The notes under the pieces: generated by a model
Told to the model about the DNA's origin: nothing
Database searches by the model: none
The model's input: the letters and a program-made list of their open reading frames with translations, nothing else
Translations under genes and position numbers: made by a program
Shown here: positions 26,704 to 35,803 of the stretch, piece after piece
How positions within the stretch are numbered: the first letter of the stretch is position 1
Layout of the letters: the number at the start of each line of letters is the position of its first letter
Origin: a virus
Lineage: Duplodnaviria; Caudoviricetes
Virus record (IMG/VR): IMGVR_UViG_3300048851_000169
Location: 1-50,095 of that record
Direction: 5' to 3' (one strand)
DNA length: 50,095 bases

Positions 26704-27636
26704 TCACCACTTGGTCCCGTCTACGCTCATTTGGGTCAGGTCCCTGCCGCGCTCGCCGGCCGGGCCACGCTCTCCCGGATCTCCATTCCTTCCATCCTTC
26801 CCGTCGCGGCCGCGCTTTGCCGCCAGGGTCCACGACTTGCTCGCATCAAGGGGCTTGTCGACGGTCGGAGCGTCGCAGTGCCAGAGAGAGCCGCCCCAGG
26901 TGACCATGTCGCCACGCTGATAGGCCTCTCCGTCCGAGAACACGCCCCGATAGATCATCGACGGGACCGTGAAAGCGAACTCTTTCACGCGGTCGCCGCG
27001 AACCAAGCGGAACGCGAAACCGCGCTGCCCGTCGTGCGTGACCTCCAGATCGTCGAAGCCAAGCCCGTCCGCACCGTCTTTGCCATTGGCGCCCGGCGGG
27101 CCAGCTGGGCCGGTCTCCCCGCGAGGGCCGGCAGGGCCGATCTCGCCCTGGCCGCCCTGAGCGCCATCCTTGCCCGGGAGGCCGTCACGTCCCGGCAGGC
27201 CGGCGGGGCCCGGTTCACCGCGCGGACCGGCCGGACCAGCTTCGCCCTGCGGGCCCCGCTCTCCGTCCTTTCCCGCATGCCCATCGCGGCCGGCTGGTCC
27301 GGTTGCGCCCGCCTCGCCGCTAGAGCCAGAAGGCCCGGCCTCGCCCGGCGGGCCCCTCTCCCCATCCTTACCCGCAGGCCCGTCCCGCCCCGGCTGACCA
27401 TCGCGGCCATCGCGGCCGGCAGGACCAGCCTCACCGGCGGGGCCGCGCTCCCCGGGCTCGCCCTTGGATCCAGGGGCGCCGTCAGCACCGTCGCGCCCAG
27501 CTTGCCCCATAGGGCCCGGCTCGGCCTTGCGGATCTCAACAGCAGCCAGTCGCTCAAGGAGAGGCGACAGTGACCGTTCAATATGGCCCCGGACCGCTAC
27601 GACGACTTCCTGGCCGAATGCCTTGCCATCCAGCAT
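26704..27636 (-). CDS. Collagen-like (Gly-X-Y) protein with C-terminal carbohydrate-binding-like motif
   Basis: About 50 uninterrupted GXY triplets plus about 8 at the C-terminus; YQRGDMVTWGGSLWHC. Confidence 0.85.
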   Translation of the reverse strand: MLDGKAFGQEVVVAVRGHIERSLSPLLERLAAVEIRKAEPGPMGQAGRDGADGAPGSKGEPGERGPAGEAGPAGRDGRDGQPGRDGPAGKDGERGPPGEAGPSGSSGEAGATGPAGRDGHAGKDGERGPQGEAGPAGPRGEPGPAGLPGRDGLPGKDGAQGGQGEIGPAGPRGETGPAGPPGANGKDGADGLGFDDLEVTHDGQRGFAFRLVRGDRVKEFAFTVPSMIYRGVFSDGEAYQRGDMVTWGGSLWHCDAPTVDKPLDASKSWTLAAKRGRDGKDGRNGDPGERGPAGERGRDLTQMSVDGTKW

Positions 27637-29003
27637 CAGCCCAGGCCCTTCCGGATCTCTGCCAGCGCATCACGCTGCGCAGCCTCATTGTCGTTCGCGG
27701 TCGGAGCCTCAGATGCCTGTTGGGCTACCGGAGGTGCAGCCGGCTTAGCGAACGGCTTGTTCCGGTCGCGCTCGGCAAGTGCCTCAAGGGAGAACTGCTG
27801 CTGCTGAAGGTAGATCGTGTCGCCGCCGGTCTTCGGCTTCAGGTCCAGCTTCCTGCGGCCCTCGTTCGGCGCCATGAACGGGCCGCCGACAGCTTCGACA
27901 ATCGCCTTGTACTGAGTGGCAGTATCCATGCGGAGCAGGCCGTCGATGTCGAACTCGGTGCCGTAGCTCTGCGGACCGGTGCCAGACATGCCCAGCCCCT
28001 CGTCCAGGCAGAGCTCGACGCTCTCAATCAGGGCTTGGAGGCACTGGGCATAGTATTGTGCGTTCAGGGCCTCGATGTTGGTGTAGGCCGGCGGGGGGCC
28101 GATCCCGACCATGTAGGCCGGGACATGATAGCAGGAGCAGACGGTCTCGCCCGACCAGCGCAGCTGCTCGATCAGCTGCGCATCCACAGGCTTGATCGCC
28201 ATGGCCTCGTACTTGAGCCCGTCGCCGAGCACCGCGACCTTGCCTACGTTCTCGCCGGTGTAATTGGCTTCCCAATGCGCCTTCAGGCGGTCCGCTGTGT
28301 CCTTCGAGATCGAGCCCGGGGCGGTCAGGATGCCGCCAGGGTTGGAGCCGTTGGCAAAGAAGCGGGCGCTATTGGTCTGGATGTTCAGGCCCTGGGTTGC
28401 CGCGAGGCCGCAGGCGAAGATCGGAGAGACGCCCACCAGGGGGTGATGCAGCGCAACCATCGTGTCGTGGATGATCTCGCTCGCCGGCACGGTCAGTGAC
28501 GTGCTCGACAGGCGTGACAGATCGTCCCGAGACAATTCGTAGTAGACGGACCCGTCCGGGGCCACCAGCACCTTCACGCGGTTCGGATCCAGCACATACA
28601 GTGCCGTCACCACGTTTCGGGCGTCGCGCTCCTTCAGGATGTAGGCGTTGCCATGGATGAGCTTGGACGTGATCCACTGCTCTATGAACTTGATCCGGTT
28701 CTGATACCGGTTCGGCTTGCGCAGCACCGGCGAGAAGGCGGGGGCCGTCGTCTCGGACCAGATGCCGTTCTGGTCCTGCTCGACCAGCTTGATGCGCAGC
28801 TTGCCGATGTCGGACGCGATGAGGGTGACGCAGGCATAAACGGCGCTGTAGGTCAGCACCGAGTCCAGCTTCACCTCGATGTTCTTCTGCCAGGCGCCGG
28901 TGAAGCTCTCGCGCACCATGCCCAACCAGCCGCGGCGGCTATCGACGGAGGCAAGCGCGCCCGCAGCCTTCGTCCGCTGGATGGTCAGGCCGAGAAACTG
29001 CAT
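27636..29003 (-). CDS. Portal protein, HK97 family
   Basis: YSAVYACVTLIASDIGKL, RKPN, LIHGNAY, GVSPI, FFANGSNPGG and PNEGR motifs. Confidence 0.95.
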   Translation of the reverse strand: MQFLGLTIQRTKAAGALASVDSRRGWLGMVRESFTGAWQKNIEVKLDSVLTYSAVYACVTLIASDIGKLRIKLVEQDQNGIWSETTAPAFSPVLRKPNRYQNRIKFIEQWITSKLIHGNAYILKERDARNVVTALYVLDPNRVKVLVAPDGSVYYELSRDDLSRLSSTSLTVPASEIIHDTMVALHHPLVGVSPIFACGLAATQGLNIQTNSARFFANGSNPGGILTAPGSISKDTADRLKAHWEANYTGENVGKVAVLGDGLKYEAMAIKPVDAQLIEQLRWSGETVCSCYHVPAYMVGIGPPPAYTNIEALNAQYYAQCLQALIESVELCLDEGLGMSGTGPQSYGTEFDIDGLLRMDTATQYKAIVEAVGGPFMAPNEGRRKLDLKPKTGGDTIYLQQQQFSLEALAERDRNKPFAKPAAPPVAQQASEAPTANDNEAAQRDALAEIRKGLG

Positions 29004-29006
29004 CGA

Positions 29007-29219
29007 TCAGTCCTCGGACTTGGTGATGATGCCGAGCTTCATGCCCGGTTCGAGGACGAGCAGTGGTACCTCGGCGCCGGCAAAGCGCGCCCACGCCTCG
29101 TGGAGACGGCGCAACTGGTCGTGCGGTAGAGATCGATCGAGCGTGAGGACAAAGCTGTCACCCGGCTTCACATGCAGCCGTTGCATGTCGCCCAGGTAGC
29201 GGATCTCCGGCTCGCCCAT
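29007..29219 (-). CDS. Hypothetical protein flanked by 15-bp direct repeats
   Basis: 70 aa; GAGG RBS inside the repeat CATCGATCAGTCCTC (29001 and 29217). Confidence 0.65.
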   Translation of the reverse strand: MGEPEIRYLGDMQRLHVKPGDSFVLTLDRSLPHDQLRRLHEAWARFAGAEVPLLVLEPGMKLGIITKSED

Positions 29220-29222
29220 CGA

Positions 29223-29441
29223 TCAGTCCTCAGCCTGCATGTCTCGGCGCTGATACCGGCGGGCGCGCGCCGGGGTCTTCGGATCGCCTTCTTCGTCGCC
29301 AGCCGTGGCTTCCGGCACCAGGTCGGCCCGGCGAATGGCCTTTAGGGTCCGGACGTCACGAGGGTTCGAGACCTCGAACTCCTCGCCCGCGGCGACATTG
29401 CGGGCGGCATAACGCAGCGCCTTGCGTGCGATCATCTTCAT
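29223..29441 (-). CDS. Small post-capsid hypothetical protein
   Basis: GGAGG RBS; AAGEEFEV...RRYQRRDMQAED. Confidence 0.65.
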   Translation of the reverse strand: MKMIARKALRYAARNVAAGEEFEVSNPRDVRTLKAIRRADLVPEATAGDEEGDPKTPARARRYQRRDMQAED

Positions 29442-29493
29442 GCTTGGCCCTCCACAGCAGACAGGAAGGGGGCAGCGCCCCCTCCCCCATCCA

Positions 29494-31467
29494 TCAGCCG
29501 ACGTAGTTGGCGCCGACGATGTAGCGCACGACGTTGGCACGCCGCTTGCCCCAGTTGATGAAGCGCTCGGCCCGGATACCCACCATGTTGTCCTGCCAGA
29601 GCGAGCGGAAGACAGTGGTCGCGGTCGGCGGGCTGGTCGGCGCAGAGTCCATCTGCAGCGAAGCCTCGCGGCTGACATCGATCTCCGTCTGGCCATCGTC
29701 GGCCAGCAGGATCTCCGTCGCCTTGGCCAGGATGATCAGGCTCCCCGCGGCAACGACCGGCGGTCCGGTCTCCGCCGCATTGGCGGTGCCGTTCTCGGAC
29801 AGGATCACCGGCAGACCGAAGAAGGTCCCGCCCTGGTTGCCGTTGATGGCAAGGCCCGGGAACTCCGGCTGGCCGAGCGGATTCTGCATCATCGCCAGGG
29901 ACAGCGCCTGCTGCTCGGACATGATCCAGACGGCGCCCGACAGAGACAGGTTGTCCGCGACGAAGCCGCTCATGAGCGCCTTCACGTCGGCGCGGAGGTT
30001 GTCCGAGGTGGTGCCGGAAGCGACGATACGCGGCGCCCCATTGGTGATGGAGGCGGGCGAAACGCCGGCCACGGCCGCCTTGGCCGGGTCGATGAAGTCG
30101 CGGTCCACCAGCGCGGCGATGGAAGCCACCATATCAGCGCGCACGAGATCCTCGGCCGCCGGATTGGACAGCCGCACCAGCTCGTCGGACATGACCACGA
30201 TGCCGGCCACCTTGGTGACACCCAGGGTGATGCTGTCGAAAGCGAGCGCAGAGACAGGCTTGGCTTGGCCCTCACCCACCCAGCCAGCGGTGCTGCCGCC
30301 GGTCTGGCGGGGGATCTTCACGTTGAAGGGGACCCGGCGGAGGTTCGGGATGCGGCCGACGATTGTGGCCGGGCGCAGCAGCTCGGCGAACTCGCTGGTC
30401 ATGTTCTGGTATTCGACCAGCGGAGCGGCCCAGGTGGTCCCGGTGGTGGTGCCGGCGGCAACGGCCGCCTTCAGCACGGTCTCGACCTGCGGCGTGCTGT
30501 CGTGCCAGCGCTTGGCGATCTCGGCAGCCTGCATCAGGTTGCCCTTGGCGTTCGCCAGCGCCATCGTGTAGCGGATGAAGGACGTGCCCTGCGGCAGGTT
30601 CGGGGCACGAACCTCGATGCGGACGCCGCCACGGGCTGCAGAGGCGGAATCCTGATCCACCGCCTTGCCCACGGCCACGGCAGCGGCCTTGTTGGACTTC
30701 TCCAGCGCCGTCAGCCGGGTCAGGTGCGCGTCGATCGACTTCACCTCGGCGTCGAGGCCGTCGTATTCCTCGGTCTGAGCGGCGTCGAGCGTGATGCCCT
30801 CCTCCGCGGCCTTGTTCATCAGATCGGTCATCCGCGCGGACTTCGCCTGGCGGGTGGCCTCGAACGCCGAAATCTGCTCGGCGATGGTCTTGGGCATGAT
30901 GCGGGCCCCTTTCTTCGGGGTGTGATGGTTGTGCGTTCCCGAAGCGCCGGGGCTGGGTGGAGGATCGGCCTGGGGCTGCTCGCGGCCGGACGCGGCCAGC
31001 AGATCCCGGTCAACCGATTTGATGAGGGTAATCGTCGCGTCCGCCTGGGCGGGGATCGTCACCAAAGAGAGCTCGAGAACCTCCGACTTGAGATAGCGGA
31101 GACCGCCATCCTCAAGCCGCGAGTATTCAACGCCACGGAAGCCGATCGAGACTGCGCGGACCAAGCCGGCCTTCACCTCGCCCCAGGCGGTGTCGACGCG
31201 GTCCTTCAACGGGCCCGGCTCGTCGATGCGCGGCAGCGTGGCCTCGAAGGTGATGCCATCCTTGGTCGGGCGGTCAAAGGTGACCGTACCCACGGGGCGA
31301 TCCGAATCGTGCTGGTGCAGCAGCGGCAGCGGGTTGCGGAAGGCGACCCCTAAGGGCTCTACGATGTCGCCTACCCGGTCAGGAGAGGGTGTGGTAGCGA
31401 CCCCGCGGATAATGCGCTGCTCATCCTGGACCGCCTTCACGGTCAGGACTGCATAGGCTCGTTGCAT
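29494..31467 (-). CDS. Fused prohead protease (S78) - major capsid protein (HK97 fold)
   Basis: N-terminal DRVGDIV, PLLHQH, VSIGF and ELSLVTIPA; C-terminal WVGEGQAKP and SLWQDNMVGIRAER. Possible internal start at 30897. Confidence 0.93.
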   Translation of the reverse strand: MQRAYAVLTVKAVQDEQRIIRGVATTPSPDRVGDIVEPLGVAFRNPLPLLHQHDSDRPVGTVTFDRPTKDGITFEATLPRIDEPGPLKDRVDTAWGEVKAGLVRAVSIGFRGVEYSRLEDGGLRYLKSEVLELSLVTIPAQADATITLIKSVDRDLLAASGREQPQADPPPSPGASGTHNHHTPKKGARIMPKTIAEQISAFEATRQAKSARMTDLMNKAAEEGITLDAAQTEEYDGLDAEVKSIDAHLTRLTALEKSNKAAAVAVGKAVDQDSASAARGGVRIEVRAPNLPQGTSFIRYTMALANAKGNLMQAAEIAKRWHDSTPQVETVLKAAVAAGTTTGTTWAAPLVEYQNMTSEFAELLRPATIVGRIPNLRRVPFNVKIPRQTGGSTAGWVGEGQAKPVSALAFDSITLGVTKVAGIVVMSDELVRLSNPAAEDLVRADMVASIAALVDRDFIDPAKAAVAGVSPASITNGAPRIVASGTTSDNLRADVKALMSGFVADNLSLSGAVWIMSEQQALSLAMMQNPLGQPEFPGLAINGNQGGTFFGLPVILSENGTANAAETGPPVVAAGSLIILAKATEILLADDGQTEIDVSREASLQMDSAPTSPPTATTVFRSLWQDNMVGIRAERFINWGKRRANVVRYIVGANYVG

Positions 31468-31494
31468 TCGGGATCTCCCAGACCGCAGCTGCGG

Positions 31495-33324
31495 CTAGAC
31501 GAAAAGCATCTGGTACTCTGGTTCGCGGGCCGCAGTGGCCGAGGAGGTCGCCGCCCCCACCGCCATGGCCAGGGCCACAACGGGATCGATCCGCGCCGTC
31601 GCCTTGCTCTTCGAGAACCACCGATTGTCGAAGGCGTCATGCTCCAGGGCCGCCGCCGCGCAGGCCGAATACAGGACCGGGCTGCGGCGCATGCGGATGC
31701 GCCGGTCCAGGATCATCTGCTCCAACTCGTTCAACGAGCCCGGCATCCAGAGACCCTGTGGTGGCTCCTCGCCGCGCCTGCGAGCAGACTCCACCGCCTC
31801 TGGCTGTGGCGCCGCGCGCCGCTTGCCGCCCTGTGGATGCTCGATCTGGGGCAACGTGACCCCCATCTGGTCGAGCTCGTCCGCGAACTTCTTATAGGCG
31901 TAGCGGTCATAAGCCACGAGCTTTACAGGGTGGTCAGCCGCAACCTCTGCCAGCCGGGCGGCCACAAAGTCCATCCGGATATACTTCCCGGGTGGGGCGT
32001 TGAGCCAGCCGTCACGCTCCCAAACGTCATAGGGGACCTGGTCCTCCAGGGCCCGCTGCATCATCGTGTCGCGTGGTGTCCAGGCCTCGACCCAGGCGTC
32101 GAAGGTCGGCAGCCGAGCCGTTACCCCGTCCGCTCGATGCACCTCCCGGAATCCGGTCGGCACAACGAAAGCCATAGCAGTGAGATCCTGCGAGCCGGAC
32201 AGGTCGATACCAACGAAGGTGTCCTCACCAGTCAGTTCCGCCGGATCAAAATCCGCCATCACGGCGTCCAGCGTCTCCTGGGACAGCCAAGCCGTATCCG
32301 AATCGGTCCAGCAGCAGAAGTGCAGCCGCAGGATGCCGTTCAACTTGCCCGGCAGCGCCTTCGCCTGTGCCACCACGCCGGCGAGATAGCTCTCCTCCAG
32401 GATCGTGCCCAGCAGAGGGTTGGCCTTGGGCCAGCAGGTTGGATCCTCGAGCGGGTTGTCTCCGCGGTCCAGCGCACACACGAAGCTGAAAGTACTGTCG
32501 TCGATAATGTCCCCAACGAAGGTGGAGTCATCGTCCGGGCTCCTGGTTCCGGCCGCCACCCTCACTGCGTGCTGGTGCTCCTCCCAGCAGACCGAGTTCC
32601 GGTTAGAGCCGGAGTTCGTGATCATGATCAGCAGCGGCTGCCGCCGGAACTTGAATCCACGCTCCAGCATCTCAATCACGGCCCCGTTGGGGTGCTCGTG
32701 GATCTCATCGCAGAGGGCGACATAAGGCCGTGGTCCGGAGTGAGCCTGCTCCTTCGATATCGGCCGGAAGAAGCTCCCGGTCTTGATGTCCGCCAGATTC
32801 CAGACCGGGTTGCCGCCGGAGGGCGTCAGCCGTCGGCTCAGGGCGGGTGACTGATCCATCATGGCCACGGCGTCTCGAAAGAGCACCATGGCCTGGTTCT
32901 TGTCCTTGCCGGCGGCATACACCTCCGCCCGAGCCTCACCGTCGGCCAGCAGGCAGTACATGCCAGTCCCGGCCGCCCATGGGCTTTTGCCGTTCCCCTT
33001 GCCTTCCTCGATGTATGCCCGGCGGAACCGACGTGTGCCGTCCGCCCGCTTCCAGCCGAAGATGGATCCGGTCTTGAAGGCTTGGCTTGGATGCAGGACG
33101 AACGGCTTGCCCTCGAACTGGCCGCCGTTTAGCCGGAGCACGTCTGGGAAGAAGTTGATCGCGCGCTCAGCCGCCGCAACGTCCCAGACGAGGCCGCGCT
33201 TCGGCCCCTCCACCAGATCCCGTAGATGCCGGCGGCAGGCGTTCCGCACATGCGGCCCCGCTACCACCTGCCCCGCCACAACTGCCTCAGCCCAAGTGGT
33301 GACCTGGTCAGTTGAGGTAGGCAT
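31495..33324 (-). CDS. terL: Terminase large subunit
   Basis: RRFRRAYIEEGKGNGKS (Walker A), ALCDEIHEH (Walker B), ITNSG, GIDLS and RIDPVVA motifs. Confidence 0.96.
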   Translation of the reverse strand: MPTSTDQVTTWAEAVVAGQVVAGPHVRNACRRHLRDLVEGPKRGLVWDVAAAERAINFFPDVLRLNGGQFEGKPFVLHPSQAFKTGSIFGWKRADGTRRFRRAYIEEGKGNGKSPWAAGTGMYCLLADGEARAEVYAAGKDKNQAMVLFRDAVAMMDQSPALSRRLTPSGGNPVWNLADIKTGSFFRPISKEQAHSGPRPYVALCDEIHEHPNGAVIEMLERGFKFRRQPLLIMITNSGSNRNSVCWEEHQHAVRVAAGTRSPDDDSTFVGDIIDDSTFSFVCALDRGDNPLEDPTCWPKANPLLGTILEESYLAGVVAQAKALPGKLNGILRLHFCCWTDSDTAWLSQETLDAVMADFDPAELTGEDTFVGIDLSGSQDLTAMAFVVPTGFREVHRADGVTARLPTFDAWVEAWTPRDTMMQRALEDQVPYDVWERDGWLNAPPGKYIRMDFVAARLAEVAADHPVKLVAYDRYAYKKFADELDQMGVTLPQIEHPQGGKRRAAPQPEAVESARRRGEEPPQGLWMPGSLNELEQMILDRRIRMRRSPVLYSACAAAALEHDAFDNRWFSKSKATARIDPVVALAMAVGAATSSATAAREPEYQMLFV

Positions 33325-33685
33325 CCGCTGGGTCCGCTTCCTCATCCTCCGCCCTCCGGACCTTGCTTTCGTCCGTCGGGGTGCCACCCATCTGCCCGAG
33401 GGCCTGGCGCAGCAGGTTCAGGGCTTGCACTCCCACCTCTTCGCCGGTCATCAGCCTGGCGCGGATGGTGCAGGCAATCTCCACCAGGGCCCGGTGGCTT
33501 TCCTTCAGCCACGGCATCTCAGACGTGAACTGCTTCCAGGCGACGCGCTGCTCGCCCCCGAGCCATTCGGACGGCCCACCTAGAGGACCGGTTGAAGGGG
33601 CGGTGCGCCCGGCATGACGCTTGGGGTTCTTGACGTCAGCACCGGTTGTCCGGGCCTTCTCCACCGGGAGGCGGGGCCTCGCCAT
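33308..33685 (-). CDS. terS: Terminase small subunit
   Basis: MARPRLP...GQMGGTPTDESKV; overlaps the terL start. Confidence 0.8.
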   Translation of the reverse strand: MARPRLPVEKARTTGADVKNPKRHAGRTAPSTGPLGGPSEWLGGEQRVAWKQFTSEMPWLKESHRALVEIACTIRARLMTGEEVGVQALNLLRQALGQMGGTPTDESKVRRAEDEEADPADAYLN

Positions 33686-33699
33686 TCCGTGACCTCAAC

Positions 33700-33800
33700 A
33701 TTCGAATTGTGGGGCTCTACGCCGTTGCCCCGACCGGTCTATGCCCCCATCGGCACCCTAGCCTTCGACTCCCCCCCTCCTTGGAAGGGGTGGCCGAGCC
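33700..33800 (-). promoter_or_regulatory. Probable cos region
   Basis: Non-coding gap between HNH and terS with G7 run...GACCGGTCGGGGC, the usual position in HK97-like cos phages. Confidence 0.45.
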
Positions 33801-33802
33801 CG

Positions 33803-34138
33803 TCAGGAGCCCGCTGGGGCCGCCCTGGCGTTCCAAGGGTGGAGGGGGTCCAGAGGCCGCCCCGATGCGTCGCAGCCCCGCAGGATCGGCCTTCCGTGCC
33901 CTCTGCGCTGGCCGCTGGAGGCCTCCTTCAGCTGGTTGTCGCAGCTGATGCAGAGGGTGCGCAGATTACCGATGGCCATGGCCAGATTGGGATGCTGCCG
34001 GCGGGACTTGATGTGGTCGACGGTCAACCGGTGCGTGGAGCCGCAGCCCGGGTTGGTGCAGCGGTAGCTGTCGCGCTTCAGTACAGCGATCCGAAGGGCT
34101 CGCCATTCGCGGGTCTTGTAGAAGGCATCGGCCGGCAT
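33803..34138 (-). CDS. HNH endonuclease (HK97 gp74-like terminase cofactor)
   Basis: FYKTREW, RD..RC...C, VDHI and NLRTLCISCDN motifs; adjacent to terS. Confidence 0.9.
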   Translation of the reverse strand: MPADAFYKTREWRALRIAVLKRDSYRCTNPGCGSTHRLTVDHIKSRRQHPNLAMAIGNLRTLCISCDNQLKEASSGQRRGHGRPILRGCDASGRPLDPLHPWNARAAPAGS

Positions 34139-34141
34139 GGA

Positions 34142-34309
34142 TCAGAATGGCCACAACCGGCGCAGAGACCAACCGCCACGGGAACAACGGTTCGCCGCAG
34201 CCTGCCTGCGACGCTCGTTCGCGGCCTCGGCTTCCTCGACCGTCTCCGCCGTCTCAGTCCAAGCGAACCAGCCTTTGCGCACCACCCTGATGGGCGGTGG
34301 GGTCGGCAT
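34142..34309 (-). CDS. Small hypothetical protein
   Basis: 55 aa ending 4 nt before the HNH start. Confidence 0.35.
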   Translation of the reverse strand: MPTPPPIRVVRKGWFAWTETAETVEEAEAANERRRQAAANRCSRGGWSLRRLWPF

Positions 34310-34423
34310 CTGAGTTGATAATCGACTGGGAACACTCGGGGCTGGCATGGCCGGACTCCCCAAACGCGAAACACCCGAAGCGTTGTCCTCCGAGGACGGG
34401 GCGGCCGCAAAGCGGAGATTTGC

Positions 34424-35053
34424 TTATTCACACTTCGCCAAGATGCGCGCTCCGGACGGATCGACTTCAACAAGGGTGAGAACGATATTCGCCCCGCTTC
34501 CACCGCTGAATGGACGCCGGTCACCCTGGGATGCCAGCCAATTAGCAGAGTCAAATTTCAGGTAGTGCAGCCGGTCGTTACGCGGATGAGGGCCCAGGTA
34601 GGTGACCGTATGTTTTCCACCGCAGATCAACGTCGTCCGATTTCTGGGGAAGTTGATGATGACACCGGCAGGACGTGCCCAGTCGCCACCCGCTCGATTA
34701 TCCACCTGCGGCTCATACCGGCGCGGGTCGACCTGCTGGATTATCCTGGACCACTCGGCTGCCTGACGCTGAGCAAAGGCTTGAGCGGGTTCCTTGTCAT
34801 CGACCTTCTGGATGCCTGACACCACCGCTTCAGCAATGCCCCTGAGGGCCGGGCTTTGCACGACCAGCTCGTTCCGCAACACCATCTCGAACTTCACGGC
34901 AAGATTCGTAACCGCCGCCTTCTCGCCTTCAACAAAGCCGCGGTCCTTGGCGATCGGATAGATCGCGGCGATGGCCGTCGTGGCTCCAACCAGGCAGCTT
35001 CCGAGCAGCTTGGCCAGGCTCAACCATTTGCTTCCGCCCTTAGCGTCCGACAT
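34424..35053 (-). CDS. Membrane-anchored hypothetical protein (moron)
   Basis: One N-terminal TM (LLGSCLVGATTAIAAIYPIA); lower GC; start uncertain (35053 or 35134). Confidence 0.65.
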   Translation of the reverse strand: MSDAKGGSKWLSLAKLLGSCLVGATTAIAAIYPIAKDRGFVEGEKAAVTNLAVKFEMVLRNELVVQSPALRGIAEAVVSGIQKVDDKEPAQAFAQRQAAEWSRIIQQVDPRRYEPQVDNRAGGDWARPAGVIINFPRNRTTLICGGKHTVTYLGPHPRNDRLHYLKFDSANWLASQGDRRPFSGGSGANIVLTLVEVDPSGARILAKCE

Positions 35054-35140
35054 CTCTCTGCCCACGAAGACAATGCCAGAAGCTACCAAAGCATTCTGGT
35101 GCCGCAACGTGCTCTTCGGGATAGCGGATGCCAACCGACT

Positions 35141-35177
35141 AATAAGAAAAGCCCCATCAGCATGGCTGCGGGGCTTT
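35141..35177 (-). terminator. tR'-like intrinsic terminator
   Basis: Minus strand AAAGCCCC...GGGGCTTTTCTTATT. Confidence 0.65.
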
Positions 35178-35216
35178 GGCCGGGCTCTAGACGCAATTCG
35201 AGAGCCCTGAGGAAAT

Positions 35217-35245
35217 CGTCTAAATCAGGAGACTCATTCCGTCAA
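35217..35245 (-). promoter_or_regulatory. pR'-like late promoter
   Basis: TTGACG-N17-TAGACG immediately after the stop of 35249-35803. Confidence 0.5.
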
Positions 35246-35248
35246 CGC

Positions 35249-35803
35249 CTATTTGAGGTTCCACGCCGAGGCCAGCCAAGACAGCGCTTCCCTGACGCGC
35301 CATGCCCGATCCAGGGGAGAAGGCTCCTCATAGACCACCACCATCCGGAGCGCCTCGGCATGCCTCAGGCTGCAGCGGTGGGTCACGCCATCCATGGCTT
35401 CCCTGTACGCCACCCAGGCTTCCTCCGCTTCCAGGATCTCGTCTCTCGTCAGGTCCCTGCTCCCGCCCCGGTCAGTGCCGAAGCCGTAGGGCAGGCCGCG
35501 GATGGGCAAGGCAGTGCGCCACAGGCCCGCCAGCTTCCTCGCTGCAGCTTGCTGCCGGGCAGTCCAGCCTGCGGCCTGGTCCTTCCCAAGATCGCGGTGC
35601 TGGGCCTTTTCGACCGTCCCTGAAGGCCGGGTAATGACGCCTGCGATGTCAGAGTTGTCTGCCGCCGTCATGAACCGGTCCCGGTCCTGATCGGACATGG
35701 CGTAGGGCTTGGGCCCCTGCCCTAGCTCCACGACACCCGCAACCACAGTCAGCGGCGAGGCGGAGACCGGGGCGGGGCGCAGACGCTCCTTCTCGCGGCT
35801 CAT
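35249..35803 (-). CDS. Putative late-gene regulator (Q-position antiterminator/activator)
   Basis: Last early gene; C-terminal helical region ending LSWLASAW; followed by a promoter and terminator. Confidence 0.55.
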   Translation of the reverse strand: MSREKERLRPAPVSASPLTVVAGVVELGQGPKPYAMSDQDRDRFMTAADNSDIAGVITRPSGTVEKAQHRDLGKDQAAGWTARQQAAARKLAGLWRTALPIRGLPYGFGTDRGGSRDLTRDEILEAEEAWVAYREAMDGVTHRCSLRHAEALRMVVVYEEPSPLDRAWRVREALSWLASAWNLK

